Shown here piece by piece: positions 13,962 through 26,135 of a stretch of DNA of 64,000 nt. The stretch is taken from contig OX597833.1 in NCBI GenBank assembly GCA_951406725.2, forward strand, positions 9,238,001 to 9,302,000, read 5' to 3'. Every line of letters begins with the position of its first letter. The stretch's first letter is position 1. This stretch comes from Octopus vulgaris. Lineage: Eukaryota. Made by a program: the position numbers and the translations under genes. The notes beneath the pieces were generated by a model. That model searched no databases and was not told the DNA's origin. It saw only the letters and a list, made by a program, of their open reading frames with translations.

Positions 13962-16090
13962 TAATAATAATCACAGTTACAATTGTAGACTATCAGGTCA
14001 ATGTTTAACAGGAAATATAGTTTATAAATGTATAATACTAATAGAAAATAATAACTTTGTTTATATAGGGTGCTCAGTAAATATGAAAAATTTTTAAATA
14101 ACCATTTTTCATCCTTTAGACTTAGGCAAAAAGCTAACAGTACTTCATTATCAATGAAAATCTGGGAACTGAAAGACAATAATATCGATTTCAGTCTTAA
14201 ATGGGATTTAGTGTGTAGAACTCAACCATACACAAATAGCCAATATGAATGTAGACTATGTTGTATGGAATTGTATGAAATTTTTAAATATAGAGATAAA
14301 AACAACTTAATTAATAATAAATTAGATCTCAGACTATCATGTGTTCATAAGATTATCTGTACCTTTAAATACTTTAGGAACTGATAATTATTTAGTATAT
14401 TATATAATTTTTTTGGTGACTAAAATGATTTTCACTTTAACCCCTTTGATCTATTAAATCTTAGTAATCATAATATATACCTACCCAATCCCAGTGGAGA
14501 AGCTATTCTATCATTATAAATATAAATATACTATTTTTTCCTAATTAGTCCTTAATTTTCGAATCTCTATGATCTCTTACTTCAATCCTTACTCTTCATT
14601 GTATTTTAGATAAATTTTATTAACCTATTTCTAATGATATTTTTAATTCTATTTTATCTCTATTATAATCCGGTATATTTATGCCTTTTCCCATCTAGTA
14701 TTAATAATTAGTTAATATTTTGATTATAACAATTCCATTATAATATTTTCATTATTTCCTTTTTATATGTCTTAGTATAGCATCTTTTATTGGCTTACAT
14801 TTATAAAATTTTTTTAAAGAAAGAATTTTTTTGGTATAACACTTTTTATAATTTTTATAACAGCCTTTAGTATAATTCTTCTCTCAGATATTTTCTTATA
14901 TTTCTTCATATATTTTATAAATCTTATATCTTAAGATTTTATATACCCTTCATTTATTTTTTCATAATTTTTGTGATTTATTAATACATTGACAGTTAAA
15001 AATTTTTTTCTCATATATCCCACTGTGGACTGTGAACCTAAAATTATATAATTATTATATTTTTCACACATTATATCTTTTTATATATATTAAATATTTT
15101 ATATTTTATACTTTCATGCCTTTGTATATATACATCCTTTATATTTTTTTAATACTTTCTTATATTATATTTTATATTTATATTTGGTTATATTTTAATT
15201 TTTATTTTGGTGCTCCAGCATGGCCACACTCAAATGACTGAAACAAGTAAAAGAATATATTTTTAAAGTTTGTATAGCATAAAAATTTGGGGGCAATTTA
15301 TAAATTTCTAATTTTTTCCTCAAATTCGTTATATGCTGCAACCTTATATTATCATATGTTAAATTATTCCCCTATTTAATTATATAGGAAATTCATTTCT
15401 AGCCTTTATATATCTATATATTTACATTTTGCTTTAATAGTATAAATAAACTAAGGTAAAAACTTACTCCTTCAATCTATATCCCACCCATAATCCTTTA
15501 AGAGGTATTCCTTGTAACAGTTCATTTTTTTCTTCTCCTTTAAGATGATAATCAAAATAGGCTTTATTAGCCATCCCTATCCTCTCTCCTCCTTCTGTTA
15601 TCACCACTCCTCCATCAGATATTCTTGTTTACCACCCTATGATTTACCCTTTTGGTGTTGATATAGCAGGATGTAAAGTTCCATTTTTTCAGATAGTAAA
15701 ATGGTCTGTCATGATACTAATTAATTTATAACTCTCTAAAGATCTAATTTTAGCTGTTTTTGAAGACAACATTCTCCCTACCATCTTCAATGTGTAGATA
15801 ACAGGGTCACTACTATCATCCTTCTCCACCCCACTCTAGCCTAGCTATTTCTGGTGCATCTGTTGCTGTATATCCTTTTTTCATTCTACCAAAATATTTA
15901 GCATTGTAAATATTTGCTCTCTTTTGATGATATGAGTATGTTTAAATATCTAACTGTTTTTTATGCTTGAGGTCTATGTGGTCATCTGATGAGAATGGTT
16001 TTCTTAGTAAGGATGTAATACTTTTCTTGATCAATTAAAGGAGTCACTTGAAACGGCCGTAATGAATGGCCACTTATACATCTTTGTTAC
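13897..16090 (+). mobile_element. Penelope-like element, 3' part: GIY-YIG endonuclease, long AT-rich 3'UTR and HHR-bearing end
   Basis: From 13981: NCRLSGQCLTGNIVYKCIILIENNNFVYIG, then after a frameshift NHFSSF...TSLSMKIWELKDNNIDFSLKW...PY...CRLCCMELYEI...LINNKLDL..SCVHK. Confidence 0.85.
15978..16073 (+). ncRNA. Type I hammerhead ribozyme motif at the PLE 3' end
   Basis: TCAT-CTGATGA(15986-92)-long imperfect stem II (GAATGGTTTT/GGAGTCACTT)-GAAA(16050-53)-CGGCCG-TA^ATGA. GTGGTCAT/ATGGCCAC can also pair. Confidence 0.75.
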
Positions 16091-16102
16091 TCAGTTATAT
16101 AT

Positions 16103-16507
16103 TCTTTTATTCATTCTTTTACTTGTTTCAGTCATTTGACTGCGGCCATGCTGGAGCACCGCCTTTAATCGAGCAACTCGACCCCAGGACTTATTCTTTT
16201 GTAAGCCCAGTACTTATTCTATCGGTCTCTTTTGCCGAACCGCTAAGTAACAGGGACATAAACACACCAGCATCGGTTGTCAAGCAATGCTAGGAGGACA
16301 AACACAGACACAAACACACACACGCATATATATATATACATATATACGATGGGCTTCTTTCAGTTTCCGTCTACCAAATCCACTCACAAGGCTTTGGTCG
16401 GCCCGAGACTATAGTAGAAGACACTTGCCCAAGGTGCCACGCAGTGGGACTGAACCCGGAACCATGTGGTTGGTACACAAGCTACTTACCACACAGCCAC
16501 TCCTGCG

Positions 16508-16510
<3 letters not shown>
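16103..16510 (-). mobile_element. tRNA-derived SINE, full length, CpG-rich (young)
   Basis: Reverse complement of the 59860-60268 copy; head ggcgcaggagtggctgtgtggtaag...ggttcagtccc. Confidence 0.9.
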
Positions 16511-16544
<34 letters not shown>

Positions 16545-16547
<3 letters not shown>

Positions 16548-16858
16548 GAGGCGCAATGGCCCAGTGGTTAGCGCAGCGGACTCGCGTTCGTAGGATCGCG
16601 GTTTTGATTCCCAGACCGGGCGTTGTGAGTGTTTATTGAGCGAAAACACCTAAAGCTCCACGAGGCTCCAGCAGGGTGGTGGTGGCAATCACCTGCAGTA
16701 CTCTTTCGCCACAACTTTCTCTCACTCTTTCAACTGTTGGCCTGCTCGCTTAGCCAGCGGGGTGGCGTCATTTGAAGGCTAAAACAATGCGAAGCACATT
16801 GTGACCAGCGATGTGTAACACCATCTGATAGCCTGGTCGGTCACGGTGATCACGGTGA
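16545..16858 (+). mobile_element. tRNA-derived SINE (second family)
   Basis: A-box tggcccagtggtta, B-box-like ggttttgattccc, tandem tcacggtga tail, flanked by (TA)n. Confidence 0.75.
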
Positions 16859-16880
16859 TATATATATATATATATATATA

Positions 16881-17350
16881 TCATCATCATCATCATCGTT
16901 GTTGTTTAACATTTGCTTTCCATGCTGGCATGGGTTTGACAGTTTGACTGAGGACTGGTAAGCCAGAAGGCTGCATCAGGTTCCAATCTGATCTGGCAAA
17001 GTTTCTACAGCTAGATGCCCTTCCTAACGCCCACCACTCTGAAAGTGTAGTGGATGCTTTTATGTGCTACCGGCATGGGAGCCAGAACGACCACGCTCAT
17101 AAGGTGTTTGTTACATGCTATCTGCATGGGAGCCAGTCCGGCAGCACTGGCAACAACCACGCTCGGATGTTGTTTCTCACGTGCCACTGGCACATGTGCC
17201 AGTAAGGCGATGCTGGCAATGATCATGCTTGAATGGTGCTTTTTACGTGCCATCGGCATGGGAGCCAATCAGCGGCCCTGGCAATGATCACGCTCGGATG
17301 GTGCCATTAACTTTTCACTGGCATGAGTGCCAATCAGGCAGTACTGTCGT
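16881..17350 (-). mobile_element. RTE 3'UTR with internal tandem repeats and (TGA)n tail
   Basis: Reverse complement of 1190-1477 (gtgggcgttaggaagggcatc...ccatgccagcatggaaagc). Confidence 0.75.
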
Positions 17351-17686
17351 ATATATATCATTTATACACAGGTAGACTAACAAATGATATTACTTGAAAC
17401 ACAATAATTATTCCTTGTAGAAGAGCAACAAGATATTTGTGAAGTTATTCAAATAAAGAAGTTCCATAAGAAAAGGAAAACCAAAATTTAGATTTATTTC
17501 ACAATGAATCAGTCAGTATTTTTCTCTTATAATTATAGCAATATTTCATAAAAGAGACATCCTTTCTTATATTACATAGATGGAGATGTTAATGACTAGA
17601 AGGTGCATATCTAATATCTAGGTTAGTATTTTATAGTTCTAAGTTTAAATTTTGCCATGTTAACTGATAATAAATATAGCAGAAGA

Positions 17687-17900
17687 AGGCGGCAAGCTGG
17701 CAGAAACATTAGCATGCCGGGCAAAATGCTTAGCAATATTTTGCCTGTCTTTATATTCTGAGTTCAAATTCTGTTGAGGTTGACTTTGCTTTTCATCCTT
17801 TCAGGGTCAATAAATTAAGTACCAGTTGTGTACTGAGGTTGATTTAACTGACAGGCCCCTTCCCCCAAAATTTTGGGCCTTGTGCCTAGTGTAAAAAAGA
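17687..17900 (+). mobile_element. SINE, near full length
   Basis: ggcggcaagctggcagaaacattagc...gagttcaaattc...catcctttcagggtcaataaattaagtacc. Confidence 0.8.
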
Positions 17901-18239
17901 ATACATATAGAAGTTCAGTTGATGATTAATTACATTCCTTTCTGTTAGATTTGATCACATGTATTTGTCCATTGATGACCAATTTCCATGCTGTCTGACT
18001 ACAACTGACATATTCCAAATTGTATGAACAGCTTGTATTGACAACTATTGATGAACAGATCAAATTAGATCAATTAACAAAAATAGAACATTATAGTTTG
18101 AAATGGACTCATAAAAAACAACAGCAATCAAAACATTGAATTAATCTGAAATTTGATTCCTTTTCCCAGTCTTTTGGTGTCAGATACACTAGGCTGAGTT
18201 ATTGTGGTTTAAAGGCATAAAAGTAAAGTCATTCTTACC

Positions 18240-19975
18240 TTGACCTCCACATCTAGCCGCTACTGCTGACAGCATGAAAAAGAGGGAAACTTTTCGTTTC
18301 ACTCACCAATATGATGTCATCTCCCTACCTTTTCAGTCTTCCTTTGCCGTCTCTCCCTCTCACTAACCCTTGATCTAAAGATCACTGCCCCCCCCCCCGT
18401 TTTGTTTCATAATCACCCATCCACAACTGGGAGGGTGGAGCAATGTTCCCTTTGAGATCTCCGCAGGGTCACAGGGCTGGTTTTCCCCTCCCCTTCATCA
18501 TCAGAAGAGATAATCACCTTTTGAATATCCAAAATGTGACATGGCATTCCATCCACTGATACATTATTCAGAGTACCAATTATGGTCACCTTGCCTTTTC
18601 CCACTGTGTTGTGCACTGAGTGTTTGGAGGCTTCAACCACACTTTGTCTCCAGCCTGCACAGATGTAATCACTTCCACCGCTAGCTGCTGTGGCACCATG
18701 CTCAGGTGTCTCCATTTGTACTGGAATATGGCCCTGTGTGGGACTGTCTCTTCAGCTTGCCCTAACCTGGGTGACATATTGTACCAGAAGACTACCTCCA
18801 TAGGGGAGATTCGTTCCCTCTCAGCCATGACTTTAATCATATTGTGGTGCCATTCCATAATCCTATTTCCACCTGGCCTGTATGCAGCTCTGAAGAAGCA
18901 TCTTGTGCTCCACCTTTCAAGCATCTCTCTCAGCTGCTCTGAGTGAAAAACTGCACTATTGTCCATCAATAGCCCGTCTACAGACCACCTTTCCTCCAGC
19001 TGACAAACCACTGCTACCCCACTCGGAACATCCTCTACTGTTTCCAACCAATACCTTTTCACTCTGGTTAGAACGTCTATTTTATTCTTTTCTGAGGGAA
19101 TGAACACCACATGCAATTCCAGGCCAAACTCAGCAGCTAGCTCCCTCAGGATTCCCAAGGGATGCTTAATCTTTGTGAATCCTCTGCAGGTTGGTGATCA
19201 CTGATTTCACCCACTCTTGCACTGAGGCAGAATCAGTCCAGATCTCAGTGGTTTGCAGATTCCAACTCAATGCTAGGTTGATACCCTTCAACATGGCATC
19301 CAGTTCGGCTACACTGATGTGATTGTAGTTGTCCTTCTTCCTAAACCACACTGCATCTTCCACCTTGACACTTATTTCCAGCATGACTCCCAATACTATG
19401 CTGCTTGTGTCACACATCTCTGTCTTTGTATCAGGCATGTTCCAGCTGCCCTTCACTGGATCTTCCACTTGCACTCTCTCTCAGACCTTTTGCATCATCA
19501 CCATTGTCTTCTCTCTCACTTTATCACCCCAGTTCACTCCTTCCGCTCACCTTTTGACATAGCTACATGCTGTTCAGAGCCATCCTGTGACAGAGTAGTG
19601 ACCCATCAACTTCCTACACATAGAGAACAGCTCTCACCTATTCATATTCCAATGTAGGTCTGGGATCTCATTTCCTCTGTGAAACACAAGCCTACCCACT
19701 TTGTCTCTTGCGAGCTGGAGCCCCAGCACTGTACCTCCTTCTATAGCCTCTGGCAGTTTTGTTGTCAGTCCAAACCCACTAAGATAGTCCACAATTTCCT
19801 TTACCAATGCTACTTTCTCATATACCAGTATATCGTCAATATATGAGCTGGCAGCCTTCTCACTTTGGCCTCTTTGCCCAAAACCACCTTGAGGACCTTT
19901 GCCATGATCTTTAGTGCCAAACTCAGGCCAAGACCTAGTCGAGTCAGGCATACCAAACCTTATTGCAACCATTAT
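18240..19975 (-). mobile_element. Gypsy-like LTR retrotransposon fragment (RT, RNase H, integrase, PPT, partial 3' LTR), degenerate
   Basis: SYIDDILV (RT); CDTSS...AELDA...WTDS...NKIDVLTR (RNase H); MDNSAVF...AYRPGGNRIME (integrase); G-run polypurine tract at ~18388-18398 followed by a likely LTR start. Confidence 0.8.
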
Positions 19976-22679
19976 AATGTAGTTGGAGGGCCAGGTATAT
20001 AACTAAACACGCAAGTCAGTTTGGCTGATAGAAAATTTCACTTCTACTTCACAAGTGAGTTGTTAATAATTAACAAAATTAATTGTACAAAGGACACAAT
20101 TATTGGGAGGCATTGGACATCTAACCACATAGTCATGAGATCAAATTGTATTGCAAACATTGTATTATCCCTCTAGGGTAAGGTACATATTTCTGACTTA
20201 CATCAATTTGTTTGGCTGACAACAAAGATCGCTTTTACTTCACAGCTGAGTGGGAAGTGGCATCCAGTTATATAAAAACAAAAACAATTTTTCTAATACT
20301 ATGCAACTCCCCAGATGATCTAGAACCATTGCAACCATTTTGAAACAAACAGGAGAAAAACACTAAAAATAAAAGAGACTCTGTCAAATGAGATTTGCTT
20401 TTAATTTCCTAAGATTTCAATGGCTTCTGGAGTTTTCTCTCTTAACAATGATCTAGTCATAAGAATTAAATCTGTTGTAGTCAAGTAGACAACATGATGA
20501 TTGCTAACTTAAAATTAGCAACTTTAGGCTTAAAATGGTAAACTACTGTTATCCTTTCGTCAGATTCTTGTCATAAATCAGTCATGTAAGTAAATAAATA
20601 AATATCTCTTAACAGATAATTCCAACTAAAAAAGAGATCTGTTCCATTTATTGCTGCAAGCCTTCAGCTACCAGATTAACCACAAAATATCTTTGAAGTG
20701 ACGAAGGAAGATATACATTGCAAAGCATAAAAATCTAATAAATTTTAAAAATCTAATAGATTTTTAAAATAAAAACTAGCAAAGGCATATTAAATTATGA
20801 GATAAGAAATATAGCGAAGAACTTGAAGCTTTCAAATCTGGGGAAGGTAGAAGAATTTCTATGTTTGTGAGGAATAGTGGAATAGTGAGATAAGTCTTCA
20901 GGGGAATCTGAGAGTTTCCTTTACTGACTTGGCACCTGACTTATTCTATGAAGCTGGTAAATTACTGGCTGTTGATTGGGATTTATTCTGACAACAATAT
21001 TAATTATATCAATGAGCAATTGCAAATTTATAAACCAAATTGGCATACATGTGTATTTGTGTATGCTTGTGTGTATTAGTGTTTAAGTATAGGAAATATT
21101 TTCACTGAAGACTGTTGTATGAAATGACTGAACAAGTGATAATATCAAGTTAAATATACATGTGATACATACAGAGATCATAACACTTCATCAAAAGATA
21201 AAACTGTATTGATGATTAAACCTTGATTATTTTAGCTTATTTAATTATAATTCAGACTATATAAAAATAAAAAGAGAATTATTTCAAATGGTGCTTGAAC
21301 AGAAACATTTTAATTAGTATAATGTAATTATTGACAGTGTTCATAAGAATATTTTAGAGAAAAGTATTTAAATTTTAATATTCAATAGTAAACACTGATT
21401 AAGACAAAATAATTAATAACTTTAATTATATCATCCTAAGATTGGTTGTCAAAGGTACAGCTAGAAATTGTCAAGCTGTATGAAGGGAAATGGAATTTTT
21501 CAAGCCATAACTGTTGAAATTGGAAGCGGAGCAACTGCTGCCCACCATTTGATGACAGTATTCACTGAACCTGGTGGCCATTCTGATCATGTTTGAGCAG
21601 CTGCAGCAAAATATGATTACAGAAACAGTTCCAGTTTGTTGATGGAAAACAGAAAGATTGTCCTTCACAGTTTGAATGACATTCAACTGCAAGCAAACCG
21701 GACTCATAATGGTGGTGGAGGTGTAGCATATAAAAATTGGAAGTTTTTCTAAAAACACACACACACACACACATATGAAAAATATGCATATAAGGACCAA
21801 AAACGATAACAACTTCAGTTATTTTGTCTTATTTTAGTATAAGGCTCTCACTCAGTTATTTCAGAAATGGTTAGCTAAGCTAAGAGGTTGTGTGTTTCTA
21901 GGACCATATCTGTCTATGTCTATCATGACTACAATAACACAACTGTAATCTTCTACGTTGGTCTCTTAAGATGATGAAACTGACTAGAGCAAGTGCAAGA
22001 GTAAATGCATTAGACCTTTCATCAGGTGATATTGATGATTCTCCTCCCTTCCAAATCTGATGCTGATCCCCATCACTGCTGTACACACACACACTACAAA
22101 TCCAAAACATTATCCCCTCTCTCTCCTCCGCTTCCAAATCAATTAATGCCTTTTATGTCCAGTTTTCTTCTTTCTCAGTTTAATTTTCAGCAAAATTTTC
22201 AAAATTCTCAGATAAGACAACCAAATCAACAGTTGATATTCCACTATTTCTAAATGCTTCTATTCTTTGTTTATATGTGTATGTTTGTGTGTGTATATCT
22301 GTATGTTTGTATACAGTTGTATGTATGTGTATTTGTGTATCCATACACACACAAATGTATACATGTACACCTACACTGGTTCATTGTAAACTCATTCTGC
22401 TCCAATCAGTACAGATCATTAGTAATTACTAGCCCTAATTATCTGCCAAATAATACATCAAAGAACATAATAGAAATAGTTGTAACATGGTTTCATCATT
22501 AACTCTGTTATATTGCAGTGTAAATGTAATTAACATCCTGTATTCTATGAGGTAACAAGTTCAGTTTTAAACAGATAAGAGAAGTATTTCAACTTAAGAA
22601 ATTATTTCAGATTTTTGGTTGGGGCGGGGTGAGGTTACCTTTCCTAGTTTGAAATTTAAATTTAGTGCAAAGAAATATT

Positions 22680-23545
22680 GTGCTGAGTCAAAAGTTTTAC
22701 AATATTTTGGTGATTTATTTACTTTAATTGTCAGGTTACAACAAAAGCAGCCACCAAACATTCAAAGAAGAGGCCATTGTGTTGCACCATCTGAAGCCAC
22801 CTTTCTGTTAGTTCTTTGATCCCATGCTGATACCATTTCTGGTCCTTTGAAGGGAAGAACTCCTTCACCGAAGCTGTCACCTCCTCTTGGTTGATGAAAC
22901 ATTGCAATAGCAGAAAGTGAGCCATGGATTAGAACAAATAATAATCCCAAAGGAGATATTTTTCCACAATAAGTAGTAGTTAAGCAAGGGCCAGCTTCCA
23001 AACTTGTGTGTGATACTGGAATTATGAAAGAACAATTCACAATGAGTTCATTCCAAATGGTTGAACAATTGATGCCAACCTGTCCGTGAAACACTGGAGC
23101 AGATGAATGCCACTGTGCAGCAACAATACCTGGCATTGCTTAACAGAAAGTGAGTCTCCTGCAAGAGGACAATGCAAGACCTCACACTGTTTGAATGACA
23201 CAGACTAAACTCCAGCAAGTTGAGGGAATCAAGCTGATGCTGCACCCAGCCTCCTATAGTCTGGACCTAGCTCCCTTGGATTATTACTTGTTCTGATCTA
23301 GGGCTCAATTCCTGTGCCCGTGACACTTCCTCAACTAAGAGGAAGTGAAGCTTCAGTGAAAGAGTTCTTCACCTCAAAGGATAAGAACTGGTATTGGTGT
23401 GGCTCAAGGAACTGGCAGAAAGGTGGCTTCAGACGGTGCGACACGATGGCCTCTACTTTGAATACTAGGCTCCATTTGTTGTAACTTGATGAATAAAGCA
23501 AATATGTTACCAAAATATACCCACACTTTGGACTTGACAGAATAT
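22680..23545. mobile_element. Mariner-derived fold-back: two transposase 3' ends in inverted orientation
   Basis: Minus arm: EEVTASVKEFFPSKDQKWYQHGIKELTERWLQMVQHNGLFFE. Plus arm: EDNARPH...YSLDLAPLDYYLF...EVKLQ/VKEFFTSKDKNWY. Matching 3' flanks on both sides. Confidence 0.75.
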
Positions 23546-23904
23546 TTTTTTAATCTGATGCAAGATTAGAAAAATTGAACAGAAAAAAAAACTGAAATCT
23601 AATTGCAAATAAATGAAATTTCAGAATTTATTTTAGCTCTTCTGATACTAACTCACTTGAGACTACCCCATTTTAAAGTGATCCTAATTATTATCTTTCA
23701 TCAAAATTTTATGCTAATTTATGTTCAAACACCAGGTTAATAATGATAAAATTACTTTACTAAATTTTTGTTACTTTCAAAATTAATAGAAACAAAAACA
23801 GTTATTTCAACAGTAATATGGTAAAAAAAAGTATTTAATTCCAATAAAATAACTTGCTTTTATTATTAAGTTCATCTTAAAAAATGTAACATGATCTTTG
23901 AACT

Positions 23905-24260
23905 TTAGGGCTCATGGCGGCAATGACTAGTGATTGTGATCTTTGGCAATATGTTATGCTTGAGAAGACTCATCAAGCCAAGTGAAATAGAAGTTGTGGC
24001 AGAGACTGTTGTCATGCAACTGGCACCTGTGCCGGTGGCATGTAAAAGCACCTATTATATTCTTGGAGTGGTTGGTGTTAGGAAGGGCATCCAGCCATAG
24101 AAACCATGCCAAATCAGACTGGAGTCTGGTGCAGCCCCCAGGTACTTTTTGGTCGGGTTTTGACAGCTGGATGCCTTTTCAAATACCAACCACTTTACAG
24201 TGTGGAATAGATGCTTTTTAAGTGGCACCTGCACTGACAGGGTCACCAAGTTACGTGTAA
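23905..24260. mobile_element. RTE 3'UTR fragments in both orientations
   Basis: gagtggttggtgttaggaagggcatccagcc..., followed by the inverted gctggatgcctt...accaaccact. Confidence 0.6.
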
Positions 24261-24370
24261 GACAAAAATCTTTTGTGAAGGGAGAGAGCATTGGAGGGGG
24301 TGATATTGTGTCAGACGATGAAAGGTTATAGAGAGACAGAAACAAGTGTCTTGCTGTAGAGGAGGTACAA

Positions 24371-24415
<45 letters not shown>

Positions 24416-24939
24416 AGGAATGAAAACAGAAACAGGTGAACAGCTGTAAAGGAGATACATGGTTACCCAGCAGAAGGAGAGAGAGTGGGAGACAGTAGGA
24501 CAGGGATGGTGGCAAAGTGCTAGGCATACTCATAAGGGATGGGGATCAGAATATAAATGGGATGGTTGAGTAAGGGAAGAGAGAGATAGATGATGGCAAG
24601 TGCCAGGACATACCCTTGAGGTTTGAAGGTCATAATTTAAGTGGCAGGACATTGCTAAAGAAGCATGAGAAGAGAGTGGGGAAGGAGAATGCAGTGAGTG
24701 GTGAAAACCTGGGTATATAGTGGGGTGGGGCCACTGGATAACAATGATACAGAGAAACAGGGCCGTGAGGACAGAATTGGGGATTGAGAGGTAAGTATAG
24801 TGCATGAAGAGGAAATGTGAGGAAGAGAAAAGATGTGGAGATGTAATTTGGTTTGTTGGGGTAGGGTGTGTGAAAAGTTTTCTTGCTACATGTGAGTGGA
24901 ACACACAGCGCTTCTAGAATTCAGTTTCGCTGATGTGGG

Positions 24940-26135
24940 CAGGTCTTCTCAAGAACCTCATATCGCCAGACATCTTGGTCCATTGTCATTTCTTCCACGA
25001 AGCCCAACGTCCTGAGATCGGTCCTTGCCACTTCTTCCCATGTCTTCCTGGGTCCCCCTCTTCCACAAGTACCATCCACTTTCAATGACTGGCACTTCTT
25101 TATGTAGCATCACATGTCCAAACCAACAGAGTCTTCTCTCTTGCATGCTACATTTGATTCTTCTTATGCCCAACTTTTCTCTCAATACATTTGCACTCTG
25201 TCGTACATGTGCACTGATGTTGCACATCCAAGGGAGCATACTCCAAGTTTCCTTAGAGACCACCAGATAACAGAGCAGGGAACTCTGTTGAAAGCTTTCT
25301 CCAGGTTGATGAAGACTAATTATAATGGCTTACTTTTGGCCAAGTACTTTTCCTGCAGCTATCTCACTAGGAAGATGGCATCTGTGGTACTCTTCCCAGG
25401 TACAAAACCAACTGCATCTCATCTAGTTTAATTCTTTTCCTAATCAATTGAGCTATAATCCTCTCAGTAACAGTCATCACTTGGTCGAGCTGATATTTGA
25501 AAGACTGTTCTCCCATTCATTTTCCACATTTAGTAACCTTTCATAGTAACACTTCCATGCATCTTTCTTCTCAGAGTCACTAAGTGCAAGCATATCATTA
25601 TCCATTCACACACATTTCTCACCCACTACATCTCTTTCTCTCTGTTACACTGATTTGCAATCCTGAACACCACATGGTTCTGATCCTCATGCTATAGAAC
25701 ATTTACAAATCTCTTACCTTCTGCTATACTTTTTGTTATGTAAACCTGCCGCCTAGCTGCCCTTCGGGCTACCTGATATAATTCTCTGCTTCCACAATTT
25801 TCCAGTCTTTCCAGGCCTGTTTCTTTGCTTTTATAACACTCTCTACCTCCTTGTTCCACCACCATGTCACCCTTGGTCTAGCTGGAACTCTGCACCAACC
25901 ACAGATTTCATCTCTAGCCTTCAGTAGATTGTCCCATAAGAACTTCCAATTGTCCCCTAAGCTATATGTCTGCAACTCTTCCTCTCTTTCGTTAGAAGCT
26001 TCCATTCGAAAATCTTAAAATTTTTGTCTGTTTGCTGGGTCTTTGAGCTTCCATAGTCGTCTTTTTCAGATTGCTTTATTTCTCTGAGTCTTTCTAGCTC
26101 TAATTCTGAAGTCACTAACTAGTAACCTATGTTGG
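24940..26135 (-). mobile_element. RTE LINE with internal deletions
   Basis: LLKARDEICGW...TWWWNKEV...KKQAWKDWK; PGKSTTDAIFLVR*LQEKYLAK...LEKAFNRVP; ERRLCWFGHV. Confidence 0.8.

Noticed and set aside
16545-16620. tRNA gene candidates (also 39040-39112)
   Set aside because: A/B boxes run directly into SINE bodies, with no complete cloverleaf or terminator.
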